Assembly (NCBI GenBank): GCA_964510775.1
Contig: CAZEBZ010000001.1
Location: 21,608-85,607 of the forward strand
Length of the DNA: 64,000 bases
Direction of reading: 5' to 3'
DNA from: an uncultured Thermodesulfobacteriota bacterium
GTDB lineage: Bacteria; Desulfobacterota; GWC2-55-46; JADFVP01
A program made the position numbers and the translations under genes. The notes under the pieces were generated by a model. It was not told the DNA's origin. It ran no database searches and saw only the letters and a program-made list of their open reading frames with translations. Below, one piece after another: positions 44,921 through 56,004 of this stretch (the first letter of the stretch is position 1; each line of letters opens with the position of its first letter).

Positions 44921-47137
44921 ATGAAAATTACAGCGGAATTAATCGCAGAGCATGGCATCAGCCCCGATGAGTACGAGCGTATTGTAAGCGAGCTTGGAAG
45001 AGAGCCCAATTATGTAGAGCTTGGTCTCTTCTCTGTCATGTGGTCCGAGCACTGCTCTTACAAGTCCTCACGTGTGCATCTGAAGGGCTTTCCCACAACA
45101 GGGCCGCAGGTAATAGAAGGCCCGGGAGAGAACGCCGGTGTCGTGGATATCGGCGAGGGGCTTGCCGCCGTATTTAAGATGGAGAGTCACAATCATCCCT
45201 CTTTTATCGAGCCATATCAGGGCGCTGCAACGGGTGTTGGCGGTATTATGCGTGATATATTCACTATGGGCGCTCGGCCTGTAGCGAACCTTAACTCTCT
45301 ATTTTTCGGCTCATTCGCCAATAAACGCACCTCATACCTTGTTAATGGTGTTGTCTCCGGCATAGCAGGTTACGGCAACTGCATGGGCGTGCCTACTGTT
45401 GGCGGCGCCTTATATCTAAATGACTCCTTTGCTGGAAACTGCCTTGTAAACGTTATGACGGCGGGTATTTGCAGGACAGACAGGATTTTTAAGGGCACTG
45501 CCTCGGGCATAGGGAATCCCGTAGTTTACGTTGGCTCAAAGACAGGCAGAGACGGCATACACGGCGCTACTATGGCCTCAGACGTCTTTGGAGACGGCGG
45601 CGAGGAGCGCCGCCCAACTGTGCAGGTTGGAGACCCCTTTACGGAGAAACTCCTCCTTGAGGCCTGCCTCGAGCTATTCAAGACAGATTATATCGTAGGG
45701 ATTCAGGACATGGGCGCCGCTGGGCTTACCTCCTCAAGCGTTGAGATGGCATCTCGCGGAGGCGCCGGTATTGAGATAGACATGGACAGAGTGCCTCGCC
45801 GCGAAGAGGGCATGACGAGCTACGAGCTGCTCCTCTCAGAATCGCAGGAGCGTATGCTTATTGTCGCGAAGAAAGGCTTTGAGGATAAGGTAAAGGCGAT
45901 TTTTACGAAATGGGACCTTGACTGCGAGGTTGTAGGCGAGGTTATAGAGGAAAAAACCGTGCGTATTCTGGAACAGGGCGAGGTTGCCGCCGATATACCC
46001 GTTACTATCCTTACAGACAGTGCGCCGCAGTACGATAGGCCCGCGAAAAGACCGCTCTGGCAGGAAGAGCTGCAGTCCATTGATATGAATTCCATAACAG
46101 CCCCTGATGATTATAATGAGGTCTTCTTAAGTCTGCTCAGCTCAGCTAATATCTCAAGCCGCGAGGCCATATACTCGCAGTTTGATTATATGGTGCGCAC
46201 CGATACTGTTGTGGCGCCGGGCTCAGACGCCGCTGTTGTAAGGATAAAGGGGACAGACCGCGCCATTGCCCTTTCTGTGGACTGCAACCCTCTGCATTGT
46301 TATTTAGACCCAAAAAAGGGCGCATCTGCGGCAGTAGCTGAGGCAGCGAGAAACCTTGTGGCCTCAGGCGCAAGCCCCCTTGCGTTAACGGATTGCCTGA
46401 ATTTTGGCAACCCCGAGCGCCCTGAGATAATGTGGCAGTTCCAAGAGGCAATAGCAGGCATAAAAGAGGCCTGTATATCTCTTAATGTTCCTGTAATCGG
46501 CGGTAATGTAAGCTTTTATAATGAGACGAGCGGTAAGGGTATATATCCAACTCCCGCTATTGGTATGCTCGGTCTTATTGAGGATAGTAAACATATTACA
46601 AGGCAGTGGTTTCACGAGCCTGGCCATGTGATTGCCCTTCTTGGCAAGACACGTGGCGGTCTTGGAGGTACGGAGTACCTGCGTCTTATTCACGGTCTGG
46701 AGCTGGGCATGGGGCCTCACCTTAATCTGGAGGAGGAAAAATCACTTCAGAAGACTTGTCTGGAGGGTATAAAGACTGGTATAATAATATCTGCTCATGA
46801 TTGCTCCGAGGGCGGTCTCGCAGTAACTCTTGGTGAATGCTCTCTTAACCCCGGCGGTTCAGTGGGAGTTGATGTTGATTTAGGTCTAAACTCCGCTCTT
46901 CGCCCTGATGAGGTTCTATTTTCCGAGAGTCACGGCAGGATAGTTGTCTCCCTTACGGAAGAGAATTTTAGTTCTTTAGAGACTATCTGCCTCACTAACG
47001 GCGTACCGTTACAGAGAATCGGGCATACAGTAAGAGAGGACTTTTCTATTAAGGGGCTTATTAAGACACCCCTTAGTGCATTGGAGAATGCCTACAGGGA
47101 CTCGCTAAAGGGGCTAATGGAAGGCACGGCAGTTTAG
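44921..47137 (+). CDS. purL: phosphoribosylformylglycinamidine synthase subunit PurL (FGAM synthase II)
   Basis: 738 aa; duplicated AIR synthase-related domains; conserved N-terminus [21 protein letters not shown]...[10 protein letters not shown]. Confidence 0.9.
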   Translation: MKITAELIAEHGISPDEYERIVSELGREPNYVELGLFSVMWSEHCSYKSSRVHLKGFPTTGPQVIEGPGENAGVVDIGEGLAAVFKMESHNHPSFIEPYQGAATGVGGIMRDIFTMGARPVANLNSLFFGSFANKRTSYLVNGVVSGIAGYGNCMGVPTVGGALYLNDSFAGNCLVNVMTAGICRTDRIFKGTASGIGNPVVYVGSKTGRDGIHGATMASDVFGDGGEERRPTVQVGDPFTEKLLLEACLELFKTDYIVGIQDMGAAGLTSSSVEMASRGGAGIEIDMDRVPRREEGMTSYELLLSESQERMLIVAKKGFEDKVKAIFTKWDLDCEVVGEVIEEKTVRILEQGEVAADIPVTILTDSAPQYDRPAKRPLWQEELQSIDMNSITAPDDYNEVFLSLLSSANISSREAIYSQFDYMVRTDTVVAPGSDAAVVRIKGTDRAIALSVDCNPLHCYLDPKKGASAAVAEAARNLVASGASPLALTDCLNFGNPERPEIMWQFQEAIAGIKEACISLNVPVIGGNVSFYNETSGKGIYPTPAIGMLGLIEDSKHITRQWFHEPGHVIALLGKTRGGLGGTEYLRLIHGLELGMGPHLNLEEEKSLQKTCLEGIKTGIIISAHDCSEGGLAVTLGECSLNPGGSVGVDVDLGLNSALRPDEVLFSESHGRIVVSLTEENFSSLETICLTNGVPLQRIGHTVREDFSIKGLIKTPLSALENAYRDSLKGLMEGTAV

Positions 47138-47255
47138 AAACAGCTCCTCTTTATGAGAAGATTAATACTAACCGGAGTAATAAATAAGATCGGGGCCTGG
47201 CCTCTGTGCCTCAGTCACATAAAGCACTTAACTACGGGGGCTATAAAGAAATATA

Positions 47256-48665
47256 ATGGATTCCTTTAAAGAAGATCGCTTTCATGACGAGTGTGGTGTA
47301 TTTGGCATCTACGGCCATACTGAGGCGGCAAACCTTACCTATCTTGGCCTCTATGGACTTCAGCATCGTGGTCAGGAGAGCGCCGGTATCGCCTCGAGCG
47401 ACGGTAGTCGTATATACTCACATAAGGGCATGGGCCTTGTCGCCGATGTCTTTAATAACGAGGATATAAAAAGTCTCTCAGGTTCATCTGCCATAGGTCA
47501 TGTGCGATACTCTACGGCAGGGGAGAGCCACATAAAAAACGCTCAGCCCTTTGTTGTTGAGTATGCCCGCGGAGGCATCGCTGTTGCCCATAACGGCAAT
47601 ATCGTCAACGCCATGGTTATAAGGGCCGAGTTCGAGGCCCACGGCTCTATCTTTCAGTCAGGTATGGACACTGAGACTATTGTCCACCTTATGTCTTCGT
47701 GCACAGAGCGTAACTTAATCGACAGGATAACCTTTGCCCTCAGTAAACTTAAGGGGGCCTTCTCTCTTGTCTTTCTAACGGATAAGGGCACGCTTGTAGC
47801 GGCACGCGACCCATCAGGCTTCAGGCCGCTATGCCTCGGTAAGCTTCGCGATTCCCTTGTGGTTGCCTCGGAGACATGCGCCCTTGACCTTATTGAGGCT
47901 ACTTATATAAGAGATATTGAGCCCGGTGAGATAATAATCATGGATAAAAAAGGGCTTCAGTCATATAAGCCCTTTACACCTGTACAGCCAAGGCAATGTG
48001 TCTTTGAGCTTATATACTTTGCCAGGCCTGATTCCCATATATTTGGCAAGAGCGTCTATGCCGTTAGAAAAAACTTTGGCCGTATTCTCGCAGAGGAAAA
48101 TCCCGTTGATGCTGATATTGTTATACCTGTGCCCGACTCAGGCGTACCCGCTGCCATAGGTTATGCCGAGGCCTCGGGGATTCCCTTTGAAAAAGGCATT
48201 GTTAGGAGCCACTACATGGGGCGAACCTTCATCGAGCCTCAAGACTCCATACGCCACTTCGGTGTAAAACTCAAGCTTAATGCCGTAAGAGACGTTATAA
48301 AGGGTAAAAGAGTGGTAGTCGTTGACGACTCTATTGTCCGCGGCACTACGAGCAGAAAAATAGTAAAGATGATAAGAGACGCTAACGCCAAAGAGGTGCA
48401 TCTGCGCATCAGCTCGCCGCCGAGTATCTCGCCGTGCTACTATGGTATTGATACACCAACGACTGAGGAGCTTATAGCCTCGAATCACAAGGTAGAGGAG
48501 ATAAACAGCTATATCACCTCTGATACGTTAAATTATCTATCCATAGAGGGCATGTACAGGGCCGTTGGACAAGATAAGGGCTTCTGCGATGCCTGTTTTA
48601 CAGGTAAGTATCCCGTTAAGGTCGAAGATGAGATTAAGGCGCCTCAATTAGTATTATTTAAGTAG
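47256..48665 (+). CDS. purF: amidophosphoribosyltransferase PurF
   Basis: 469 aa; N-terminal CGVFGIYGH (Ntn Cys); PRTase motif [14 protein letters not shown]-terminal Cys ligands for 4Fe-4S. Confidence 0.9.
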   Translation: MDSFKEDRFHDECGVFGIYGHTEAANLTYLGLYGLQHRGQESAGIASSDGSRIYSHKGMGLVADVFNNEDIKSLSGSSAIGHVRYSTAGESHIKNAQPFVVEYARGGIAVAHNGNIVNAMVIRAEFEAHGSIFQSGMDTETIVHLMSSCTERNLIDRITFALSKLKGAFSLVFLTDKGTLVAARDPSGFRPLCLGKLRDSLVVASETCALDLIEATYIRDIEPGEIIIMDKKGLQSYKPFTPVQPRQCVFELIYFARPDSHIFGKSVYAVRKNFGRILAEENPVDADIVIPVPDSGVPAAIGYAEASGIPFEKGIVRSHYMGRTFIEPQDSIRHFGVKLKLNAVRDVIKGKRVVVVDDSIVRGTTSRKIVKMIRDANAKEVHLRISSPPSISPCYYGIDTPTTEELIASNHKVEEINSYITSDTLNYLSIEGMYRAVGQDKGFCDACFTGKYPVKVEDEIKAPQLVLFK

Positions 48666-48717
48666 ATATATTAAAGTATATACTTTAATCATAAACTTTT
48701 TTTCTCGGAGGTATTCA

Positions 48718-49638
48718 ATGAAGAGGTTGTTGTTTCTGCTTTTTGCCATTGTTATCTTATCATCTCTTTTATCTGCAAGAGGAAGTGCCGTATACGCGAA
48801 GGAAAGTTCGGCCGTTGATAAAACTCCGGCAGTGGAGAAGCAGCCTGTTAAGGGTCAGAAGCTCATCGATAAACATACCCCTCTTAGTGATCACCCGTTA
48901 ACAAGGGAAGAGAGGGAAAAACTTAAAAAGGAAGAGAAGAAAAAAGTCATCGCCGAGAGAAGAAAGGATCTGCCCCCGATAAAGATGGTCTATGTGAAGG
49001 GCGGATGTTTTGATATGGGAGATTTTACCGGTAAAGGCGATGACGATGAGGTGCCTGTTCATGAAGTATGTCTCTCTGATTATTATATCGGCGAGGTGGA
49101 GGTAACTAACGACCTATGGGAGCATGTAATGGGCTTTCCATTTGATGAAAAACTTGACCCCAAGATGCCGCTTCGTAATATAACAATGGGGTGGGTTAAT
49201 AATTTTATAAAAAATCTGAACATACTCACTGACGGCTTTTACCGCCTTCCTACTGAGGCGGAGTGGGAGTACGCCGCGCGAGAGAGAGGAAAAAATATCA
49301 GGTGGTCAGGTACTAATAATGATGAAAACATCGGAGATTACGCCTGGTTTCTCTATAATTCCGATAGTAAGATCCATCATGTTGGAACAAAAAAGCCTAA
49401 TGCCCTCGGCATATACGATATGACGGGAAATGTATGGGAGTGGGTAGAGGATAATTTCGATTTTGACTATTACAAAAACAGTGAAAAAGAGGACCCCTAT
49501 GGGCCTGATTTTTCCGTATGGCGCTCCATCAGGGGAGGTTCTGTCTTTGAAGAGCCCTATAAACTTCGTAATACATATCGCTATGGTCAGGAGCCTAATC
49601 TGCGCAGTTATGTAACGGGTTTCAGACTTGCGGAATAA
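48718..49638 (+). CDS. secreted formylglycine-generating-enzyme (FGE/SUMF1) domain protein
   Basis: 306 aa; signal peptide; FGE-sulfatase fold motifs YRLPTEAEWEYAAR, GNVWEWVED, RGGS. Confidence 0.7.
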   Translation: MKRLLFLLFAIVILSSLLSARGSAVYAKESSAVDKTPAVEKQPVKGQKLIDKHTPLSDHPLTREEREKLKKEEKKKVIAERRKDLPPIKMVYVKGGCFDMGDFTGKGDDDEVPVHEVCLSDYYIGEVEVTNDLWEHVMGFPFDEKLDPKMPLRNITMGWVNNFIKNLNILTDGFYRLPTEAEWEYAARERGKNIRWSGTNNDENIGDYAWFLYNSDSKIHHVGTKKPNALGIYDMTGNVWEWVEDNFDFDYYKNSEKEDPYGPDFSVWRSIRGGSVFEEPYKLRNTYRYGQEPNLRSYVTGFRLAE

Positions 49639-49704
49639 GTTCTTTCCGAATCTTCGCTAATATGTCTTTTTTGTTGGACTTTTTCCCATAGGACGCATCG
49701 CTTA

Positions 49705-49737
49705 GCCCCTTGATACCGATAACGGCAGGGGCTTTTT
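49705..49737 (+). terminator. rho-independent terminator after FGE-domain gene
   Basis: GCCCCT - 16 nt loop - AGGGGC followed by TTTTT. Confidence 0.6.
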
Positions 49738-50029
49738 ATATGTAAGACCATGCAATACTATTGAACCTTCTGCTTACCTGTCGCCGTTACATAGGGCAAA
49801 AATTCTCCTTTTAGTAGGTTTTGTCATGCTATCCCAGGGTAAATGGCCCTCCTTTAATAGCTTTTTAGAGCTATCTTACTAAAAACTCCTTGCAAGTCTC
49901 TGTAAAGGTGTGTTAATAATACTTGATTAAATACACACGCGTCGTCTCGACCATCTGCGGTGTCCGTTAAGTGCGGGCCCAACATCAGTACCGGCGCGGA
50001 GGATATTAACCGCAAAGAGGAGGAATAAC

Positions 50030-50923
50030 ATGGCTTACCTTACAATGAAACAGCTTCTTGAGAGCGGTGTCCATTTTGGACACCAGACAAGGAGATGGAA
50101 CCCCAAGATGAAGTCTTATATTTTTGGGGCGAGAAACGGCATCTACATTATCGACTTGCAGCAGACCGTAAGGCTCTTTAGACACTCATACGATTTTGTT
50201 CGTGACGCAACCTCAAAGGGCGCAAGAGTTCTCTTTGTGGGCACAAAAAAACAGGCCCATAAGTCGATAGAAGAAGAGGCGCGCCGCTGTGGCATGTTTT
50301 ATGTGAACAACAGGTGGATAGGCGGCTTTCTTACAAATTTTGCTACAGTAAAGAAGAGCATCGCCCGTCTGAATAAGCTTGATAAGATCGAGGAAGGCGA
50401 GGATTTTGTAGGTACAAAGAAAGAACGCCTTATGCTCGAAAGAGAGAAACTTAGGCTTGAAAAATACCTGGGCGGTGTGCGTGAGATGAAGGCTCCGCCA
50501 ACAGTTATGTTTGTTGTGGACTCCAAAAAAGAGACCATCGCCATTAAAGAAGCGCAAAAACTGGGCATAACCGTTGTGGCTATCGTTGATTCTAACTGCG
50601 ACCCCGATGAGGTGGATATGGTTATCCCAGGCAACGATGACGCCATACGCGCAATTAAACTCTTTTCCTCATCTATTGCCGATGCCTGCATAGAGGGTAA
50701 GGCCATACATGAGGCCGCTCTTCAGAGCCAGGCCGAGGAAGCGGCGCAGGCAGCTAAACCTAAAGAGGCAGCCGCTGATTCTTCAGCCTCTCTGGAAAAA
50801 GCCCCGCAGAAGAGTGTTGCCGTGCAGGGCGAGGCCGCTGTAGCGCCTGTAAAAGAGGCTGCAACAGCGCCCCGGAAAGCCGCTACTCCTGCTGCAGCAG
50901 ATACAAAGCCCTCTGCCGAGTAG
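50030..50923 (+). CDS. rpsB: 30S ribosomal protein S2 with ~65 aa Ala/Pro/Lys/Glu-rich C-terminal tail
   Basis: 297 aa; [28 protein letters not shown]-terminus; RBS GAGGAGG. Confidence 0.95.
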   Translation: MAYLTMKQLLESGVHFGHQTRRWNPKMKSYIFGARNGIYIIDLQQTVRLFRHSYDFVRDATSKGARVLFVGTKKQAHKSIEEEARRCGMFYVNNRWIGGFLTNFATVKKSIARLNKLDKIEEGEDFVGTKKERLMLEREKLRLEKYLGGVREMKAPPTVMFVVDSKKETIAIKEAQKLGITVVAIVDSNCDPDEVDMVIPGNDDAIRAIKLFSSSIADACIEGKAIHEAALQSQAEEAAQAAKPKEAAADSSASLEKAPQKSVAVQGEAAVAPVKEAATAPRKAATPAAADTKPSAE

Positions 50924-50978
50924 TATGGTATGGGCTTAATACAAAAAAGAATCTATTTATACTGGGAGAGGGTAATAG

Positions 50979-51626
50979 ATGGAAATTTCCGCAAAGACAG
51001 TAAAAGAACTTAGAGAAAAAACGGGCGCAGGTTTCATGGACTGCAAGAAGGCCCTTAAGGAAACCGGTGGTGATATTGATAAAGCACTTGTCTTTTTAAG
51101 GGAAAAAGGCCTTAGCGCCGCATCTAAAAAAGCAGACAGAGTTACCTCCGAGGGTATAGTCTACTCATATATCCACCCCGGCGGTAAGCTTGGCGTCCTT
51201 CTTGAGGTAAACTGCGAGACGGATTTTGTCGCAAAAAATGACGACTTTGTCGCCCTTGTAAAGGACATTGCCATGCACATTGCCGCTATGGGGCCTGCAT
51301 ATCTTAACCGTACAGAGATAGACCCGGCCGTTATTGAGGCAGAGCGTTCCATATACGTTAATCAGGCAAAAGACTCAGGTAAACCTGAACACGTTATTGA
51401 TAAGATAGTAACGGGCAAGCTCGATAAGTTTGTAAGAAGCATCTGTCTCATAGACCAGCCCTTTGTGAAAGACCCAGATAAGACCATAGAAAAGCTCATT
51501 GTTGAGAGCATCGCGCGTATTGGTGAGAATATCTCCATAAGGCGCTTTGTAAGGTTCAAGGTTGGCGAGGGTATGGAGAAAAAAGAGGACGATTTTCTTG
51601 AAGAGGTAGCTGCGCTTCAGGGCTAA
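50979..51626 (+). CDS. tsf: elongation factor Ts
   Basis: 215 aa; UBA-like N-terminus KELREKTGAGFMDCKKAL. Confidence 0.95.
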   Translation: MEISAKTVKELREKTGAGFMDCKKALKETGGDIDKALVFLREKGLSAASKKADRVTSEGIVYSYIHPGGKLGVLLEVNCETDFVAKNDDFVALVKDIAMHIAAMGPAYLNRTEIDPAVIEAERSIYVNQAKDSGKPEHVIDKIVTGKLDKFVRSICLIDQPFVKDPDKTIEKLIVESIARIGENISIRRFVRFKVGEGMEKKEDDFLEEVAALQG

Positions 51627-51740
51627 GGGCCTCTATGGGAGATTCTTTCTCCCTTCTTCAAAAAGTCTTATTCCGACTCTGCTCTGCAGCTGTTTTGTCT
51701 TTACGGGGGCAGAGAACCTTCTTATTTATTCCTGGAGCCT

Positions 51741-52460
51741 ATGTCTGACAATCTCAAATACAAGAAAATTCTCCTTAAGCTCTCCGGTGAGGTTCTCATG
51801 GGAGGGTTGGAGTATGGAATTGATAAGGACACCGTAGTAGCTATCGCCTCGGAGATAGCTGAGCTTCATAACCTCGGAGCAGATGTCTCTGTTGTTATCG
51901 GCGGCGGCAACATCTTTAGAGGCGTCTCATCAAGCGCCAAGGGCATGGAGCGTGCCACTGCCGATTATGTGGGAATGCTCGCTACTGTCATTAATGCCCT
52001 TATGCTTCAAGACGCCATTGAGCGCACCGGTGTGCTTACACGTGTAATAACCGCAATTGAGATGAAAGAACTCGCCGAGCCTTACATAAGAAGACGGGCC
52101 ATAAGACACCTTGAGAAGAGAAGGGTGGTAATATTTGGCGCCGGCACGGGCAACCCTTACTTTACTACAGATACTGCCGCGGCCCTTCGCGCCATGGAGA
52201 TGAATGCCGATGTGCTCCTGAAGGGGACTAAGGTAGACGGCGTATACGACATGGATCCTGAGTTAGATGACAAGGCCGTTAAGTACGAGACGCTTACATA
52301 CCTTGATGTCCTTAAACTTGGTCTCAGGGTGATGGACTCAACGGCGGTATCGCTCTGCATGGACAATCATATGCCCATTGTTATCTTTAATATTAAGGAC
52401 TCAGGCAATCTCAGGCGTATAGCCAGCGGCGAGAATATAGGCACCGTCGTAAGCTCCTGA
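51741..52460 (+). CDS. pyrH: UMP kinase
   Basis: 239 aa; [14 protein letters not shown] N-terminus ([12 protein letters not shown]), GGGNIFRG. Confidence 0.95.
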   Translation: MSDNLKYKKILLKLSGEVLMGGLEYGIDKDTVVAIASEIAELHNLGADVSVVIGGGNIFRGVSSSAKGMERATADYVGMLATVINALMLQDAIERTGVLTRVITAIEMKELAEPYIRRRAIRHLEKRRVVIFGAGTGNPYFTTDTAAALRAMEMNADVLLKGTKVDGVYDMDPELDDKAVKYETLTYLDVLKLGLRVMDSTAVSLCMDNHMPIVIFNIKDSGNLRRIASGENIGTVVSS

Positions 52461-52543
52461 GCTGCTTAGTCTCATTTTAGACTCTTACCTGATAAAAATA
52501 TATACTATGAATATACTCCTTCAGGGGGTATAAGGGGGAGGAC

Positions 52544-53104
52544 GTGGACAGGCACAGCACAAGGGAAATAAAGGAACGGATGGAGAAGGCCCTTTCGGCC
52601 CTTGGCCATGAATTTACCGCTTTAAGGACAGGACGGGCTTCTGTAGCAATATTTGATAATATAAGAGTGGATTATTACGGCACGGCAACGCCCCTTAGCC
52701 AGGTGGCAACTCTTAACACACCGGAGCCGAGGCTTATCACAATCTCGCCCTGGGACATAACTCAGATAGGGGCTATAGAGAAAGCCATTCTTGCGTCATC
52801 AGCTCTTGGCCTTACCCCCTCCAATGACGGCCGCATGATACGCATCAATGTCCCTCAGCTTACAGAAGAGAGAAGAAAAGAAATCGTCAAGGTGGCCCAT
52901 AAGTTCGCCGAGGAGTGCAAGGTCTCAATTAGAAACATACGTAGAGACTCTAACCTCAATGTTAAGAAACTTGAAAAAAATAAGGAAATCTCCCAGGACG
53001 ATGAGAAAAGAGCCTACGAGGAGATACAGTCTTTAACGGACGCATATATTAAGAAAGTTGAAGAGGCCCTTGCCAGAAAAGAGGCCGAAATAATGGAAGT
53101 CTGA
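52544..53104 (+). CDS. frr: ribosome recycling factor
   Basis: 186 aa; LRTGRASVAIFDNIRVDYYGTATPLSQVA; GTG start with RBS GGGGGAGG. Confidence 0.9.
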   Translation: MDRHSTREIKERMEKALSALGHEFTALRTGRASVAIFDNIRVDYYGTATPLSQVATLNTPEPRLITISPWDITQIGAIEKAILASSALGLTPSNDGRMIRINVPQLTEERRKEIVKVAHKFAEECKVSIRNIRRDSNLNVKKLEKNKEISQDDEKRAYEEIQSLTDAYIKKVEEALARKEAEIMEV

Positions 53105-53169
53105 GCCTTTTAGGGCTATGTAGTAAAAACATATACACAACCTCCTTTTTTAAAAAAAGGCGCGCTGTA

Positions 53170-53910
53170 ATGATTGATCTCCAGGAAGTGGATTTACCCC
53201 GTCATATAGCCATTATCATGGATGGCAACGGCCGCTGGGCTCGTAAACGTCTCCTTAACAGGATTAACGGCCATAAAAAAGGCATAGAGGTCGTAAGAGA
53301 TATTGTTACTTACTGCCGTGAGCTTGGTGTGCAGTATCTTACTCTCTATACCTTCTCACGAGAGAACTGGCAGCGCCCTGCTGAAGAGGTGGGCTTTCTT
53401 ATGCGCCTTCTTGAGAGACATCTACGGAGTGAAGAAGAGCTCTTTATTAAGAACAGGATTTGTTTTAAGGCCATTGGCAACATAGCAGACCTGCCTGAAG
53501 CCGTAAGGGATGTTATAAAAGATCTTGAGGAAAAGACGGCCTCATTTAATGGCATGCACCTTCAGCTGGCTCTTAGCTACAGCGGACGCGAAGAGATAGT
53601 TCGGGCGGCAAAAAAACTGGCCGACAAGGTGAAGAGCGGTGATGTCGAAGAGGGTGATATTACTGAAGAACTCTTTAGCGAGGGGTTATATACGGCGGGT
53701 TTACCTGACCCTGATCTCCTTATAAGGACAAGCGGTGAGAGTAGAATAAGTAATTTTCTTCTCTGGCAGCTTGCATATACGGAAATTCATATCTCAGATG
53801 TGTTATGGCCGGATTTTACAAGGTCCCATCTTGAGCATGCCCTCGGTGATTATCATAAGCGCGAGCGGCGTTTTGGACTTGTTAAAGAGAAAATTGGCGC
53901 CCTCCTTTAA
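53170..53910 (+). CDS. uppS: undecaprenyl diphosphate synthase (cis-prenyltransferase)
   Basis: 246 aa; HIAIIMDGNGRWA motif. Confidence 0.9.
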   Translation: MIDLQEVDLPRHIAIIMDGNGRWARKRLLNRINGHKKGIEVVRDIVTYCRELGVQYLTLYTFSRENWQRPAEEVGFLMRLLERHLRSEEELFIKNRICFKAIGNIADLPEAVRDVIKDLEEKTASFNGMHLQLALSYSGREEIVRAAKKLADKVKSGDVEEGDITEELFSEGLYTAGLPDPDLLIRTSGESRISNFLLWQLAYTEIHISDVLWPDFTRSHLEHALGDYHKRERRFGLVKEKIGALL

Positions 53911-53985
53911 TTCTAATCATAAGCAGAAACAAATAATATCAACTTATTTTGATATAAAAGACGTGAATCCTCGGCAGGAGAGTCT

Positions 53986-54783
53986 ATGCTGAAACGGGTA
54001 GCCACAGCCTTAGTATTAATCCCCGTTGTAGTCGCAATTGTACTCTTTGCGCCGCCTCTTGTAATACTTGCAGTGGTGGCCGCCCTTACCTTTATATCCC
54101 TTATTGAGTACAACAGGCTTACTGCCAAGATCTACGGCGGACGCGGCTCTGCAGTAGTGATTTCTCTTGGCGGTGTAATCGTAACCCTCTGCATTTATCT
54201 TACAGGAAGCGCTCTTGCGCCGGTTGTCTTAATAGCGGCCCTCTTAATCTCTCTCTTTTCCGCTATACCCGGGGCCTCGGATTTAAGGGCTGCCGTAGAA
54301 GAAGCGGTCTTTAAGATTGGCGGAATTATCTACATAAGTCTTCCGTTATCTTATTTTCTTCTCCTTGCCGAGGCGCCTAAGGGCAGGTTATGGCTGCTTT
54401 TTTTTCTTATCGTCATCTGGTGTAACGACTCTCTTGCTTATGTCTTTGGCCGCGCCCTTGGCCGCCGTAAGCTCTGCCCCGCTATAAGCCCGGGTAAGAC
54501 TATTGAGGGTGCAGCAGGGGGCATTGCATCTGGCCTCGTGGCGGCATGTGTCTTTAACGCCATTAGCCCACTTACGGGTTTTGGAGCCGTTGTCCTTATT
54601 GCCCTCGTTACGGGATGCCTTTCCATAGTCGGAGACCTCTTTGAGTCTGTAATAAAGAGAGGAGCAGGTGAGAAGGATTCAGGCACTATAGTGCCCGGTC
54701 ACGGAGGCCTTCTTGACAGGATTGACAGCATCTTCTTTTCCCTTCCAGCGCTTTATGTTCTGGCAATCTACCTCAAAATATAG
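53986..54783 (+). CDS. cdsA: phosphatidate cytidylyltransferase
   Basis: 265 aa; polytopic; C-terminal CTP_transf_1 signature SxxKRxxxxKDxxxxxPGHGGxxDRxD (SVIKRGAGEKDSGTIVPGHGGLLDRID). Confidence 0.9.
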   Translation: MLKRVATALVLIPVVVAIVLFAPPLVILAVVAALTFISLIEYNRLTAKIYGGRGSAVVISLGGVIVTLCIYLTGSALAPVVLIAALLISLFSAIPGASDLRAAVEEAVFKIGGIIYISLPLSYFLLLAEAPKGRLWLLFFLIVIWCNDSLAYVFGRALGRRKLCPAISPGKTIEGAAGGIASGLVAACVFNAISPLTGFGAVVLIALVTGCLSIVGDLFESVIKRGAGEKDSGTIVPGHGGLLDRIDSIFFSLPALYVLAIYLKI

Positions 54784-54835
54784 GATAATTAAATATTATG
54801 TCTTTAACGTCTTCTCAAGATAAAGGCTCTGTTAT

Positions 54836-55996
54836 ATGAGTGGGATTAAGTCTCTTACCGTACTTGGCTCAACAGGCTCCATAGGGCGAAGCACACTTGA
54901 TGTAGTTCGCGCCAACCCTCAGCGGTTCAGAGTCGCGGCGCTCTCGGCAGGGCGCAATAGAGGCCTCCTTAAAGATCAGATAGAGGAGTTTTCTCCCTCT
55001 TATGTCTCCACTCTTACTGAAGAAGACGCCGCGTGGGTAGAGAGCTGCTTTAAGGGCGGGGTTCACGTTGGCTTCGGAGCTGATGGGGCCATGACTGCCG
55101 CCTCTCTTAACGAGACGGATATGGTTGTATCGGCAATCACCGGAGCTGCTGGTCTCATGCCTACTATGGCCGCTATTGAGGCAGGTAAAGACGTTGCCCT
55201 TGCCAATAAAGAGACTATGGTAGTAGCGGGCTCTATTGTTATGGCGGCGGCAGTTAAGGCAGGCGTATCCATACTACCCGTTGACAGCGAGCATAGCGCC
55301 TTATTTCAATCCCTCAGAGGTCACAGATCAATAGATGTGAGGCGTGTTATACTTACGGCCTCAGGTGGGCCTTTTTTTAACGCCCCTGATGTAGACCTTG
55401 AGACAGTTACACCGGAGCAGGCCCTTAATCACCCAAGATGGTCTATGGGCAGAAAGGTTACCATTGATTCCGCTACACTTATAAACAAGGGGCTTGAGGT
55501 CATAGAGGCAAGCTGGCTCTTTAATCTTCCCCCAGAGTCTATCTCCGTCTCTATTCACCCTCAGAGCATTGTTCACTCCATGGTAGAGTATGTTGACGGC
55601 TCTGTTATCTCGCAGATGGGCACGGCTGATATGAAGGGCCCTATAGCATACGCCCTTGGTTATCCCGAGAGGATTAGCGATTCCATAGCGCCGTTAAGTC
55701 TTGATGGACTCTCTCTTGAGTTCTTTGCCCCTGATAATGAGCGTTTTCCATGTTTAGGTCTTGCCTACGGTGCGCTCCGAGTGGGCGGTACGGCCCCGGC
55801 TGTGCTTAATGCCGCAGACGAGGTGGCGGTGGAGAGCTTTTTAAGTGGCTCTATTAGGTTTACGGATATTTATAAGATAATAAACAGCGTCCTTGAGGGC
55901 TGCGTCGTGCATAAGGCGACGCGTATAGAGGACGTATTAGAAGCCGATAACGAGGCAAGGGTAAAGGCCCTTGAGGTTATCAGAACTTTGAGGTAA
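54836..55996 (+). CDS. dxr: 1-deoxy-D-xylulose 5-phosphate reductoisomerase
   Basis: 386 aa; LTVLGSTGSIG NADPH-binding N-terminus; conserved DXR core. Confidence 0.9.
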   Translation: MSGIKSLTVLGSTGSIGRSTLDVVRANPQRFRVAALSAGRNRGLLKDQIEEFSPSYVSTLTEEDAAWVESCFKGGVHVGFGADGAMTAASLNETDMVVSAITGAAGLMPTMAAIEAGKDVALANKETMVVAGSIVMAAAVKAGVSILPVDSEHSALFQSLRGHRSIDVRRVILTASGGPFFNAPDVDLETVTPEQALNHPRWSMGRKVTIDSATLINKGLEVIEASWLFNLPPESISVSIHPQSIVHSMVEYVDGSVISQMGTADMKGPIAYALGYPERISDSIAPLSLDGLSLEFFAPDNERFPCLGLAYGALRVGGTAPAVLNAADEVAVESFLSGSIRFTDIYKIINSVLEGCVVHKATRIEDVLEADNEARVKALEVIRTLR

Positions 55997-56004
55997 TAAA
56001 AAAT

